Assembly (NCBI GenBank): GCA_965209155.1 | Contig: OZ242383.1 | Location: forward strand, 288,001-352,000 | Direction of reading: 5' to 3' | DNA: 64,000 nt | From: a bacterium | Lineage (GTDB): Bacteria > SAR324 > NAC60-12 | Shown here: positions 42,925-52,776 of the stretch, piece after piece | Layout of the letters: each line of letters begins with the position of its first letter | How positions within the stretch are numbered: the stretch's first letter is position 1 | Made by a program: the position numbers and the translations under genes | The notes under the pieces: model-generated | Seen by the model: only the letters and a program-made list of their open reading frames with translations | The model's database searches: none | Told to the model about the DNA's origin: nothing

Positions 42925-43749
42925 TTAGCGGGGATCCACATCTTTCTCTTGGAGGAGAGCCCGCAGCCTTTCGACTTCTGCAAGCGCTTTTTCTTTTTGT
43001 TGTCGCTCTTTTTCTTTTTGTTGTCGCTCTTTTTCTTTTTGTTGCCGCTCTTGTTGGAGGCTTTTCAGGAGGAAGGGTTGGTAGAGAGGATCCTCGATTA
43101 ATGTTTCAAAGGCCACCTGTTTTTCTAAATCCTGAAGACGAAAGGCGAAACGATCCAAGACTCCGGAATGAATCACGCCGGGCTCTTGGCTCTCCATCTT
43201 TTCATAAACCCCCTGCTCATTGAGAGCGTAGAAGGCGGTGTGCTTGTGCAAACGGTCTATTATATAATATTCAGCCACTCCCACTTTGGCATATTCTTCT
43301 TTTTTGTGCACCGTATCCCGTTCCATCTCCTCGGGAGTCGAGTCGGATAAAAACTCTATACAGAGGTCACACACTCCCTGAAACGAACGATCCAACGGTT
43401 TGGCCTCCACAGGATTGGAGTGGAGAATCACGGCCAAATCCGGTTTCCGTATGCTGACTTTATCCCCCAAATCCAAACGAAAGCCCATTTCCAAACCCAT
43501 CAGTTGACCCGTTGGAAACACTTTGAGATACTCTTCCAAGAGTTGTAAAAACCAACGATAGATTTGAAAGCTTAAATAATCTGGCATTGGCTTTTCCTCC
43601 AAGAGTCCATTGTTCCATTCATATTGACCATCCGAGTGTTCGTAATATACCTTCCAATACTCAGCCTCACTCACCCTGAGCGGCTCCTTGGCAGAGGGAG
43701 GCAACCGTGTTGGAGAGGAGTGATTTTTGACGGATTCTAAAGTAGTCAT
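42925..43749 (-). CDS. Uma2/DUF820-family endonuclease-like protein
   Basis: YEWNNGLLEEKP, RKPD, IEFLS, GVAEYYIID; C-terminal ERQQKEK repeats. Confidence 0.88.
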   Translation of the reverse strand: MTTLESVKNHSSPTRLPPSAKEPLRVSEAEYWKVYYEHSDGQYEWNNGLLEEKPMPDYLSFQIYRWFLQLLEEYLKVFPTGQLMGLEMGFRLDLGDKVSIRKPDLAVILHSNPVEAKPLDRSFQGVCDLCIEFLSDSTPEEMERDTVHKKEEYAKVGVAEYYIIDRLHKHTAFYALNEQGVYEKMESQEPGVIHSGVLDRFAFRLQDLEKQVAFETLIEDPLYQPFLLKSLQQERQQKEKERQQKEKERQQKEKALAEVERLRALLQEKDVDPR

Positions 43750-43832
43750 GATGTCCTCGATGGGAAGGAGAGGTAAAATTTGTCGTCTTTTCAAAAACAT
43801 AACACATTGTGCGGAGGACAGCAATTTTTCTT

Positions 43833-44197
43833 ATGGATCAGCGGTTGTGGGAAAACAGGATCCGGAGAAAGGAGAGGTTCCCGTGGCGTTTATCCAATTG
43901 AGACCCGAGTTTTCCGACTGGAGTGTCGACGCATTACGCAGCTGGTGTCAAGAAAACATAGCCACCTACAAAGTACCGCAAATCCGGTTGATTGACGAAT
44001 TCCCCCTCACCACCACCGGCAAGGTGAAAAAAGAAGTGTTGAAAAAAGAATTCCTGAAGGTCTCTGACTTTTGAGATGAATCAGGAGAATCCAATGAGTG
44101 AACCGTCATTTAAAATTAGCGATTTATTTTCTATTGAAGGCAATAGTTCGTTGGGTCGTATCGGCACACCGGCGGATTTGGTTTCTTGGGAAATTAA
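43833..44197 (+). pseudogene. Duplicate of ligase 3' end plus a second, differently deleted SDR
   Basis: 43833-44134 matches 41692-41993; then MSEPSFKISDLFSIEG|NSSLGRIGTPADL. Confidence 0.88.
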
Positions 44198-44202
44198 TGG
44201 AG

Positions 44203-44769
44203 AGTCATCACCACCGGCAGAGCCGGTGGCTTGAAGCGGCCCCCAGGATGGGGGCAAAACGTGTTCGTCATCGTAAGACGTGCTCGTGCTCGTGAACGAA
44301 AAAGGCTGCCATGTTAGATCATGAAAAACTCGATGTATACCAATGTTCCATCAAATTTTTAGCGTTATCTGTCCAAGTCATCGAAACATTGCCAAAAGGA
44401 TACTCAGCCTTAGTTGACCAACTGAAAAGGGCCTCATGGTCGATTCCTCTCAATATCGCAGAAGGCTGTGGAAAAAGTTCCCTTCCTGACAAGCAACGAT
44501 TCTATGCGTTTGCCCGAGGTTCCGCAATGGAATGCGCTGCTATTCTCGATGTTTTAAACGTGTTGAAGATCATCCAGCCTTCTTTATTTGACGAAGGAAA
44601 ACAGTTACTTCATCGCATTGTTTCTATGTTAACCAAAATGTGCCGTCGATTTCACTGACCGTTCACGAGCACGAGCACGGCCCACGGACACGGATACGTT
44701 TCTCATGTCTGACCGGCAAAGCCTATTAGGTTCGCACCAGCAGAGCTGGTGGTTTAATGAGATTAATTA
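44203..44769. mobile_element. 567-bp IS200-like non-autonomous shell carrying a four-helix-bundle cassette, copy 1
   Basis: Subterminal hairpins CCACCGGC-AGA-GCCGGTGG and CACCAGC-AGA-GCTGGTG; near-identical copy at 57199-57765 with different flanks. Confidence 0.8.
44311..44658 (+). CDS. Four-helix-bundle protein (23S-IVS/Avd-like family)
   Basis: HEKLDVYQ, DQLKRASWSIPLNIAEG, ARGSAMEC. Confidence 0.9.
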   Translation: MLDHEKLDVYQCSIKFLALSVQVIETLPKGYSALVDQLKRASWSIPLNIAEGCGKSSLPDKQRFYAFARGSAMECAAILDVLNVLKIIQPSLFDEGKQLLHRIVSMLTKMCRRFH

Positions 44770-45075
44770 TGCATGAGACTGAGGAGGTACTACATCAAAC
44801 TTAACACCCAAAGCAAATAATAAACGACGTATTGTTTCAAAGCGCGGTTTCGCGCCAGGTTTTAGAGCTTTGTACAAACTCTCTCTGCCTAGACCAGCGT
44901 TTTCAGCAACTGTTGAGATACCTCTCGCCTTTGCTACATCTCGAACCGCGACTAAAAACACATCCGGATCAGGGTTTTCCAACGCGACTGAAAGGTATTC
45001 CGCAATAGTCTCCTCGTTGTCAAGGTAATCACTTGCGTCAAATGGAGCAATACCAAGTAGATTTTCTTTTTTCAT
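44767..45075 (-). CDS. Addiction module antidote protein (HTH)
   Basis: FDASDYL, VAKARG, GLGRESLYKAL, KPRFETI. Confidence 0.9.
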   Translation of the reverse strand: MKKENLLGIAPFDASDYLDNEETIAEYLSVALENPDPDVFLVAVRDVAKARGISTVAENAGLGRESLYKALKPGAKPRFETIRRLLFALGVKFDVVPPQSHA

Positions 45076-45276
45076 GATTCTTCCTCTTTTAACACCATTG
45101 CCATGTCATAAGCTTTGGCAATATCTCGTTGTTGGTTACGCTTAATCCCACCACAGAGCAGAATATAAACTACTGGTCCAATTTGCGTAAAATATAGGCG
45201 ATAGCTTGGACCAATGTGAATTCGCATTTCTGAGACGCTTTGACCAACTGAATCACAATCACCAAAGTTTCCACGC
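45072..45276 (-). pseudogene. 5'-truncated addiction module killer (RelE-like)
   Basis: GNFGDCDSVGQSVSEMRIHIGPSYRLYF...LLCGG; stop overlaps the antidote ATG. Confidence 0.85.
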
Positions 45277-45418
45277 TTAAATAGGGTGGTTGAAGGCGAA
45301 GAGGTCAGAGCCTTTGTCGAATTGCCCGAAAAGGCAAAAATTCTTATGCCAATTACGAGAAAGAGGCTCAGGGATCAGGAAAAGTCTAGGAGACTCCCTG
45401 GAACCTTTTATGATGAAG
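45277..45418 (+). pseudogene. Hotdog gene fragment (right half of split copy, with further deletion)
   Basis: Matches ~5555-5615, then ~6223-6300. Confidence 0.85.
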
Positions 45419-45443
45419 GAAAATAATTTGTTGGTGCTGTATT

Positions 45444-45779
45444 TCAACGAGTGTGAAGAACCTGTTCAAGAGTGTCCGCTACCCATTTGTTCAGGCTTTT
45501 ACCAGCTTGAACAGCGGCTACAGCTATTTCACCATGTAGTGAGGAATCTACCCTGATCACAAATTTTCCAGAAAAAGGTTTGTTGGGCTCCCGCCCAGCC
45601 TTCTCACAACTCTCAAGATAGAAATCAACTGCTTCTTGAAAAGCCTCTTTCAATTCACTGACGGATTCCCCATGAAAACCAACTGTATCACGAATACCAA
45701 TAATATTACCAAATAGAATATTATCCTCCGGGTCAAATTCAATCTTGGCTGTATAGCCCTTATAGCTAAGTGTATTCAT
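45444..45779 (-). CDS. hicB: HicB-family antitoxin (RHH type)
   Basis: YKGYTAKIEFD, FSGKFVIRV, GKSLNKW. Confidence 0.9.
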   Translation of the reverse strand: MNTLSYKGYTAKIEFDPEDNILFGNIIGIRDTVGFHGESVSELKEAFQEAVDFYLESCEKAGREPNKPFSGKFVIRVDSSLHGEIAVAAVQAGKSLNKWVADTLEQVLHTR

Positions 45780-45917
45780 GTTGTTACCCCAACTCTAATT
45801 AAGAATTCATTGGCATTTCTTACCTGATATCGTTTTGCCTCTTTACCAGGGTGAAGCCTGTGAAAGTCACCTTTTTCATCATTGATGATAAAGGATACTC
45901 GTTAGCCATCTCCCTCT
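45776..45917 (-). pseudogene. HicA remnant
   Basis: EGDG*RVSF...FHRLHPGKEAKRYQVR; nonsense codon and missing 5' end. Confidence 0.8.
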
Positions 45918-46009
45918 TGTTTCCTCGGCATCAAATACGCCATACCGATGTGGAACTGTTAAGCGCCCAAGGGGATGGCTGAGATGCACTAGTGGATGAA
46001 AGTGGGCTA

Positions 46010-46303
46010 TTAGAAATTGGATTCAACATCCATTGATTTATGCAGGTCTCGTATGATTTCAACCGATCCTTTCAGATCTTGTCTGTAAAAAATTAAGTGA
46101 CTGCCTTGAGGAAATTTTCGATAACCTTTTGCGATAAAATCACAAACGATTCCAAGGTTGGGATTTTCGGCGAGTTGAGAGAAACAATTGTCTAAATGTT
46201 TGAGGTAGGCGTTTCGTTGAGATTCGCCCCATTTCTCGGCGGTGAACCGACCAATATCTAATAGATCCGCCTGCGCTTTCTTAGTAATTTTATAGAAGGA
46301 CAT
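46010..46303 (-). CDS. parE: ParE toxin
   Basis: AQADLLDI..WGESQ, GYRKFPQGSHLIFYR, LHKSMD. Confidence 0.9.
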   Translation of the reverse strand: MSFYKITKKAQADLLDIGRFTAEKWGESQRNAYLKHLDNCFSQLAENPNLGIVCDFIAKGYRKFPQGSHLIFYRQDLKGSVEIIRDLHKSMDVESNF

Positions 46304-46542
46304 TAATGCGATTCGTTATCAAGTGTTTGAATCAATTTTCCGTAAGAATAGTCTGCGAATCCACTTTTTTCCCCTTCTTCAAGCATATTGCGCAGCGTTT
46401 CAAGCTTGATTTCTGTGTTTTCAAGAATTCGTAACCCCGCTCTTACTACATCACTGACCGAGCTATAGCGTCCACTCTTGATTTGCTCGGCGATAAACGA
46501 ATCAAAGTGGGGAGTGAGAGTAATGCTTGTATTTTTAGACAT
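46303..46542 (-). CDS. parD: ParD antitoxin (RHH)
   Basis: MSKNTSITL, SGRYSSVSDVVRAGLR. Confidence 0.9.
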   Translation of the reverse strand: MSKNTSITLTPHFDSFIAEQIKSGRYSSVSDVVRAGLRILENTEIKLETLRNMLEEGEKSGFADYSYGKLIQTLDNESH

Positions 46543-46816
46543 AAAACAATTTCATTTGAGTTAATGAATACTAATAATTGGTATTATATGCGTAAAAGCA
46601 TACCAATTCAATACAACTGAATTTTCCATTTGGCTCTAAAAGCAATTTTTGGAATTGTGAATGGCTGTCCTCAAGGATAAAAATTAACAACATTTTAACT
46701 TTTAAAAAACATGATGGAAAAGATTGTGGATGTTAAGGAATTTAAAGAGCTTCATTTTAAGTCATTGGCGGAATGGAATACCCGTCGGCCGAATTTAGAA
46801 AGAGTTGAGGAATAAG

Positions 46817-47496
46817 ATGACAAAAGAACCGCTCTGTCGTCCCAGTCCTCCTCGTCAAACAACTGCCCTCGGTGGAAACCGTTATTTTTATTCCTTATCT
46901 CCATGCATCCAATGAATTGGATCTTAGTTCTGTGAGGGAAGGCAAACCACCCCAAGTGGTTTCCTTTGCAGAGACCATCAGCACACCCTCTGAACCTGAT
47001 TTTAACCCGGTGCCCTTTGCTCACCCGCTGGAGAACTGGTGATGACGAAACCAATTCCCTCCCTGCCTATCGGGTTTTGGGGAGATCCTGAGTGTCGGCG
47101 TTACTATGAAAGTTATTTCGACACCTTTCCTGGTGTATGGCGGCACGGGGACTGGCTGCAATTGATTTCCCATCCAGAGGCTGTCGGAGGCATTGTTTTC
47201 GGCCGCTCCAATGCCACGATCAACCGCCAAGGCATTCGTATGGGGAGCAGTGAGATTTATAGAGTGGTGGAATCCTTCCCTGAAGTGGCCGATTCCTTCT
47301 CTCGGCTCGCCACGCCCCCAATGAGATCTTTGCGATTCAGGCGGTCCCTTACACGATCTCAGGTAAAAAAATGGAAGTCCCTGTCAAGAAAATTTTGTTG
47401 GGCCAGTCCGCCAATACCTCAGCCAACCGTGATGCCATGGGCAATCCGGAATCCAAAAACTGGTTTGTTGAATTTGCTCGCGGTAGAAATTCTTGA
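46817..47496 (+). pseudogene. Acetoacetate-CoA ligase remnant with several deletions
   Basis: GELVMTKPIPSLPIGFWGD..VWRHGDW, GIRMGSSEIY, and in another frame PYTISGKKMEVPVKK. Confidence 0.85.
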
Positions 47497-47502
47497 TACC
47501 AT

Positions 47503-47547
47503 GCCGCCCATGGGTTTCAGGAAGGAACGGATTGGAAGAAAATGTAA
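47503..47547 (+). pseudogene. Amidase 3'-end duplicate
   Basis: Matches ~909-953 and ~36722-36766. Confidence 0.85.
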
Positions 47548-47612
47548 AACGCCGTTTCTTTGGTCCAATACTTCACATCCTGACATAATTTACTTCATCG
47601 TATAGGAGTTCC

Positions 47613-50600
47613 ATGAAATTCAATCGTATTCTCATCGCCAATCGTGGAGAAATCGCCATCAGAATTGCTCGGGCTGCAACCGACTTAGGGTTACGCACGG
47701 TTGCCATTTATTCTGAAGATGACGCTCAATCATTACACACCCGAATGGCTGATGAAGCTCACCGCTTAGCGGGGCATGGCGTCTCCGCTTATCTCGACAT
47801 CGACGGTGTGATTCAAGCAGCCAAAACCACGCAATGCGAGGCCATCCACCCGGGTTATGGATTTTTAGCGGAAAATGGCATGTTTGCCCGTCGCTGCCAG
47901 GAAGCCGGATTGACCTTCATTGGTCCGGCAGTGGAAGTGTTGGAATTGTTTGGTGACAAAGGACGAGCACGGGCAGCGGCGGCGGCAGCGGACGTTCCCA
48001 TTGTGCGAGGCATCAACCAGGCCGTCTCTGTAGACGAAGCGCAGGATTTTTTTGCATCCCTCGATCCGGGCAGCGGTATGATGATTAAAGCGGTCGCCGG
48101 AGGGGGAGGCCGGGGGGCTCGAGCGATCACCCGGGTTGAGGAGATTGAAGCGGCCTATCAAAGATGCCAGTCTGAGGCGCTCAGTGCCTTTGGCAATGGC
48201 GATCTCTACGTGGAAGAGCTGATCAATCCGGCCCGCCACATTGAAGTTCAAATTCTTGGAGATTTAAACGGAAGCGTGATGAACCTGGGTGAGCGTGATT
48301 GTAGCATTCAGCGGCGCTATCAAAAAATGGTGGAGATAGCCCCTGCTCCCAACCTGCCGGAAAAGTTGCGCTCGGATATGATTGATGCGGCTATGCGATT
48401 GGCCAAGAACGTTTCCTACACCAATCTCGGTACCATTGAATTTTTAGTCAAAAATCATCCCGGAGCAGAAGAGCTGCCCTTTGCTTTTATAGAAGCCAAC
48501 GCCCGTTTACAAGTTGAACACACCGTGACGGAAGCCGTCACGGGAGTCGACCTGGTTCAGACGCAAATTTGCCTCGCCGCGGGAGAGTCTCTGCACGCCC
48601 TGGGATTAGAGACAGCGGGTATCGACAAACCTCGGGGTTATGCCATTCAAACCCGGATTAACATGGAGACCTTGACGGCTGATGGCAGCATTCGTCCGGC
48701 AGGGGGGACCCTGTCTGCTTATGAGGTGCCCGGAGGTGCTGGAGTGCGGACGGATGGATTCGGCTATAGCGGGTATGAAACGAATCCTGCCTTCGACTCC
48801 TTGCTGGCCAAATTAATCGTCCACACCCCCTCATCTGATTTTGCCAGGGTGCTCTCGAAAACAAGACGGGCGCTCAATGAGTTTCGTATTGAAGGAGTCG
48901 CCACCTCGATTCCTTTTTTACAAAACCTGCTGCAGCATCCCGATGTGGCTTCCTGGCAAGTGCATACCCGATTTGTCGAAGAGAACCTGACGTGGCTCAC
49001 TCAAATTGATCCAACTAGCCAATCCCGCTACTTTAACACGACCCAACCCCCGTCGAATGAAAAACCGGATATCCACTCCGCCGGCTTGGCAGGCGCCCGG
49101 ATCGATACCCAGGATCCCCTGGCTCTTTTCTCACATGATCAGGCCATGAAAAAAGCGCAAAGCGAGTCAGCTTCAGAAGCTGAAACGGCTGCCCCAGACC
49201 TGGCCGGACCCGACGGGACCATCGCCCTCCCTGCCCCCATTCAAGGGACGATCGTCAGTGTGATGGTTGCTGAAGGGGATACCATCAACCGGGGTCAACC
49301 ACTGGCCGTCTTGGAAGCGATGAAAATGGAACATGTCATTTCAGCCGATCACAGTGGGACCATCCGGCGCGTTACCCTGGCGGTTGGGGATGTCATCCGT
49401 GAGGGATATCCTCTCTTTTTTATTGAAACCAGTGAAGACCAAACCGATGCAGACGAGGTTGCCGATACCATTGACTTGGATTATATCCGGCCTGACTTGG
49501 AGGAGACCTACCAACGACATGCCTGCACTTTAGACGAAAACCGGCCTGAGGCGGTGGCCCGGCGCCGAAAAACCGGGCAACGGACAGCCCGGGAAAATAT
49601 TATTGATCTTTGTGATCCCGATTCCTTCATCGAATTTGGTCCCCTGGTCGTTGCCGCCCAGCGGGCACGCCGGGAGGAAGAATGGCTCCGCAAATACACT
49701 CCCGCCGATGGTTTATTAGCCGGTATCGGAACGGTCAATGGGGAACTGTTTGAAGGAGAGGATGCGCGGTGTATGGCCATTGCCTATGATTATACCGTTT
49801 TGGCAGGGACCCAGGGGATGCGAAATCATTACAAACAAGATCGCATGTTTCATCTGGCAGATCGTTATCAATTACCAATAGTCGTTTTCACAGAGGGAGG
49901 AGGGGGACGACCTGGAGATACCGATGGCGCGTCCCCGGTGGGCATGGATGTTTATACCTTCACTCAGTTCTCAAAACTCAGTGGACTCGTACCGCTGGTG
50001 GGGGTCAACTCAGGACGCTGTTTTGCCGGAAATACCGCGCTCCTGGCATGCTGTGACGTTATCATTGCCACTGCTAATTCAACAATAGCTATGGGGGGGC
50101 CTGCCATGATTGAAGGAGGAGGGCTCGGCATCTATACGCCTGAAGAGGTTGGCCCCATGTCCTTCCAGGTTCCGAACGGTGTCGTTGATATCCTGGTCGA
50201 AGATGAGGACGCCGCAGTAGCCACAGCGAAAAAGTACCTTTCCTACTTTCAAGGCCCTCTCCCGGACTGGGAGTCTCCGGATCAAAGGATTTTGCGGCAC
50301 ATTATTCCCGAGAACCGGGTCAGAATGTACAATGTGCGGGATATCATCGAGACCCTGGCCGATCGCGATTCGGTGCTGGAGATCCGTAAAGATTTCGGGA
50401 TTGGGATTCTCACCGCATTGATTCGAATCGAAGGCCATCCTTTCGGGCTGATTGCCAACAATCCCCACCACCTGGCCGGAGCCATCGATAGTGACGGAGC
50501 GGATAAAGGAGCACGGTTTCTACAGCTTTGTGATGCTTTTGATCTTCCCGTAGTGAGTTTGATGGACTGCCCCGGCATTATGGTCGGCCCTGAGGTGGAA

Positions 50601-51041
50601 GCCACCGCACTGGTTCGACATTGTGCGCGTCTCTTTAATACAGGGGCCAACCTTTCTGTTCCCCTGTTCGGATTAGTCATAAGGAAAGGCTATGGGTTAG
50701 GGGTCCAGGCGATGTGTGGAGGAAGCTCCTTAGTTCCATTCTTCACGGCGGCCTGGCCCACCGCGGAATTTGCCGGGATGAATATCGAAGGTGCGATCAA
50801 ATTGGCCTATCGCAAGGAATTAGCCGCCATCGAGGATCCGGAAGAACGACGGATCCAATACGACGCCATGGTCGCCGAGAGGTATGAAAATGCGAAAGCT
50901 TTACACGCGGCCAGCTATTTCGGGATTGATGACGTCATTGATCCCGCAGACTCTCGGCGTTGGATCATGGCCGGGTTGCGGAGTGTCCCTTCCCCTCCAC
51001 CCCGCACCGGTAAAAAGAGACCCTATGTCGACACATGGTAA
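47613..51041 (+). CDS. Single-chain acyl-CoA carboxylase (BC-BCCP-CT), copy B
   Basis: Colinear paralog of 36775-40203. Confidence 0.93.
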   Translation: MKFNRILIANRGEIAIRIARAATDLGLRTVAIYSEDDAQSLHTRMADEAHRLAGHGVSAYLDIDGVIQAAKTTQCEAIHPGYGFLAENGMFARRCQEAGLTFIGPAVEVLELFGDKGRARAAAAAADVPIVRGINQAVSVDEAQDFFASLDPGSGMMIKAVAGGGGRGARAITRVEEIEAAYQRCQSEALSAFGNGDLYVEELINPARHIEVQILGDLNGSVMNLGERDCSIQRRYQKMVEIAPAPNLPEKLRSDMIDAAMRLAKNVSYTNLGTIEFLVKNHPGAEELPFAFIEANARLQVEHTVTEAVTGVDLVQTQICLAAGESLHALGLETAGIDKPRGYAIQTRINMETLTADGSIRPAGGTLSAYEVPGGAGVRTDGFGYSGYETNPAFDSLLAKLIVHTPSSDFARVLSKTRRALNEFRIEGVATSIPFLQNLLQHPDVASWQVHTRFVEENLTWLTQIDPTSQSRYFNTTQPPSNEKPDIHSAGLAGARIDTQDPLALFSHDQAMKKAQSESASEAETAAPDLAGPDGTIALPAPIQGTIVSVMVAEGDTINRGQPLAVLEAMKMEHVISADHSGTIRRVTLAVGDVIREGYPLFFIETSEDQTDADEVADTIDLDYIRPDLEETYQRHACTLDENRPEAVARRRKTGQRTARENIIDLCDPDSFIEFGPLVVAAQRARREEEWLRKYTPADGLLAGIGTVNGELFEGEDARCMAIAYDYTVLAGTQGMRNHYKQDRMFHLADRYQLPIVVFTEGGGGRPGDTDGASPVGMDVYTFTQFSKLSGLVPLVGVNSGRCFAGNTALLACCDVIIATANSTIAMGGPAMIEGGGLGIYTPEEVGPMSFQVPNGVVDILVEDEDAAVATAKKYLSYFQGPLPDWESPDQRILRHIIPENRVRMYNVRDIIETLADRDSVLEIRKDFGIGILTALIRIEGHPFGLIANNPHHLAGAIDSDGADKGARFLQLCDAFDLPVVSLMDCPGIMVGPEVEATALVRHCARLFNTGANLSVPLFGLVIRKGYGLGVQAMCGGSSLVPFFTAAWPTAEFAGMNIEGAIKLAYRKELAAIEDPEERRIQYDAMVAERYENAKALHAASYFGIDDVIDPADSRRWIMAGLRSVPSPPPRTGKKRPYVDTW

Positions 51042-51055
51042 GAACGGAGTATTTT

Positions 51056-52771
51056 ATGGATGAACAAGCCTATTTGAATCGTCTGCAGGAACTATGGCAA
51101 AAAAATTGGCCGGAGCATTTACGCATCGACCCGGTCTACCCCCTGGGAGAAATCCTCATCACCGAATATCTCCAGCAGTGGGCCGCGAAACATCCGGACA
51201 AGCCTTGCCTCATTTATTATGGCAGAACCATCACCTTTAAAGAAATGGACGATTTGAGCCATCGTTTTGCGGCTTTTTTAGCAGCCAAAGGATACCAAAA
51301 AAGGGATCGGGTGGCTGTGTTTCTTCCCAACTGTCCTCAGTTTTATATCGTCTTTTATGGGATTTTGAAGCTGGGTTGCGTGCATGTACCCGTCAACCCG
51401 ATGTTCAAAAAACACGAACTACTTTACGAGTTGCAGGATACGCAAGCCGAATTGATAGTGACTTTGGATCAACTGGTCCCCCTGGTGGAGGAGGTCCAAA
51501 AGGAAACCAGCGTTCGATCAATCGTGGTCACTCGTTATGCGGATTTTTTACCGGATCACCCCACCATCCCCCTGCATCCGACGCTCAGTGCGCCTCACCT
51601 GGACTGCCCGGGCAGCATTGATCTGCTCTCCATGCTCCAGGAACAAAGCCCGGATTATCCTGAACCCGACGTGAGTTTAGACGACCTGGCCTCGCTCAAC
51701 TATACCGGGGGAACCACCGGGATGCCCAAAGGGTGCGAACACACCCAACGCGATATGATTTATACCATGGCCAACATGACGACCTATAACCCGCGTGGAG
51801 ATGACGTTGCTCACCCGGTCGGCTTACTTTATCTTCCCTCCTTTTGGATCGCCGGTCAACTGGGCCTCCTCCTTCCTGTCTTTACGGGAAACTCCTTCGT
51901 TTTGTTGTCACGCTGGGATCCCCTGGCCGTTTTAACGGCGATTGACCGTTATCGAGTGACCTCCTTTAGTGGCGTGCTGGATAATCTGGTGGAACTGATA
52001 GAACATCCGGATTTGCCTCGATATGATCTTTCTTCGCTGAAATCTACTACTACCTCTTCCTTCATCAAAAAATTGAATCCGGAATATCGCCAGCAATGGA
52101 AGGCTCTCACCGGCTTGACCCTCCGGGAATCCGCCTACGGAATGACGGAAACCCACACCATCGACACCTTCACCACGGGGTTGGATAAAGACGATATGGA
52201 TCTCAAAACCACACCGACCTTTTGCGGGTTGCCTGTGCCCGGGACCCAACTGAAGATTCTTGATTTTGAGACCCGGGAGTTGCTCCCCCTGGGAGCGGAA
52301 GGAGAAATTGTTATCAAAACCCCCTCCTTGCTCAAATCGTACTGGAATCAACCGGAAGCGACGAAAGCCCAGCTTCAGGACGGCTGGCTTTCCACCGGAG
52401 ATATCGGGATGTTGGATGAAGAGGGATTTTTGCATTTTCTGGGACGGCGCAAAGAAATGCTCAAGATGCGAGGCATGAGTGTCTTTCCTTCTGAAATTGA
52501 AATCATTTTAGGCCACCATCCGGCCATCAATAGATCGGCGGTTGTGGGAAAACCGGATCCGGGGAAAGGAGAGGTTCCCGTGGCGTTTATCCAATTGAGA
52601 CCCGAGTTTTCCGATTTGAGTGCCGAAACATTACGCAGCTGGTGTCAAGAAAACATGGCCACCTACAAAGTCCCGCAAATCCGGTTGATTGACGAATTCC
52701 CCCTCACCACCACCGGCAAGGTGAAAAAAGAAGTATTGAAAAAAGAATTCCTGAAGGTCTCTGACCTTTGA
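51056..52771 (+). CDS. Acyl-CoA ligase, copy B
   Basis: Colinear paralog of 40218-41933. Confidence 0.93.
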   Translation: MDEQAYLNRLQELWQKNWPEHLRIDPVYPLGEILITEYLQQWAAKHPDKPCLIYYGRTITFKEMDDLSHRFAAFLAAKGYQKRDRVAVFLPNCPQFYIVFYGILKLGCVHVPVNPMFKKHELLYELQDTQAELIVTLDQLVPLVEEVQKETSVRSIVVTRYADFLPDHPTIPLHPTLSAPHLDCPGSIDLLSMLQEQSPDYPEPDVSLDDLASLNYTGGTTGMPKGCEHTQRDMIYTMANMTTYNPRGDDVAHPVGLLYLPSFWIAGQLGLLLPVFTGNSFVLLSRWDPLAVLTAIDRYRVTSFSGVLDNLVELIEHPDLPRYDLSSLKSTTTSSFIKKLNPEYRQQWKALTGLTLRESAYGMTETHTIDTFTTGLDKDDMDLKTTPTFCGLPVPGTQLKILDFETRELLPLGAEGEIVIKTPSLLKSYWNQPEATKAQLQDGWLSTGDIGMLDEEGFLHFLGRRKEMLKMRGMSVFPSEIEIILGHHPAINRSAVVGKPDPGKGEVPVAFIQLRPEFSDLSAETLRSWCQENMATYKVPQIRLIDEFPLTTTGKVKKEVLKKEFLKVSDL

Positions 52772-52776
52772 GATGA

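Noticed and set aside
42985..43050. 21-bp tandem repeat
   Set aside because: Encodes the ERQQKEK coiled-coil tail commonly seen on Uma2-family proteins
44311..44658. Diversity-generating retroelement (Avd-like protein plus duplicated genes)
   Set aside because: No reverse transcriptase in the window, and differences between duplicates are not adenine-specific
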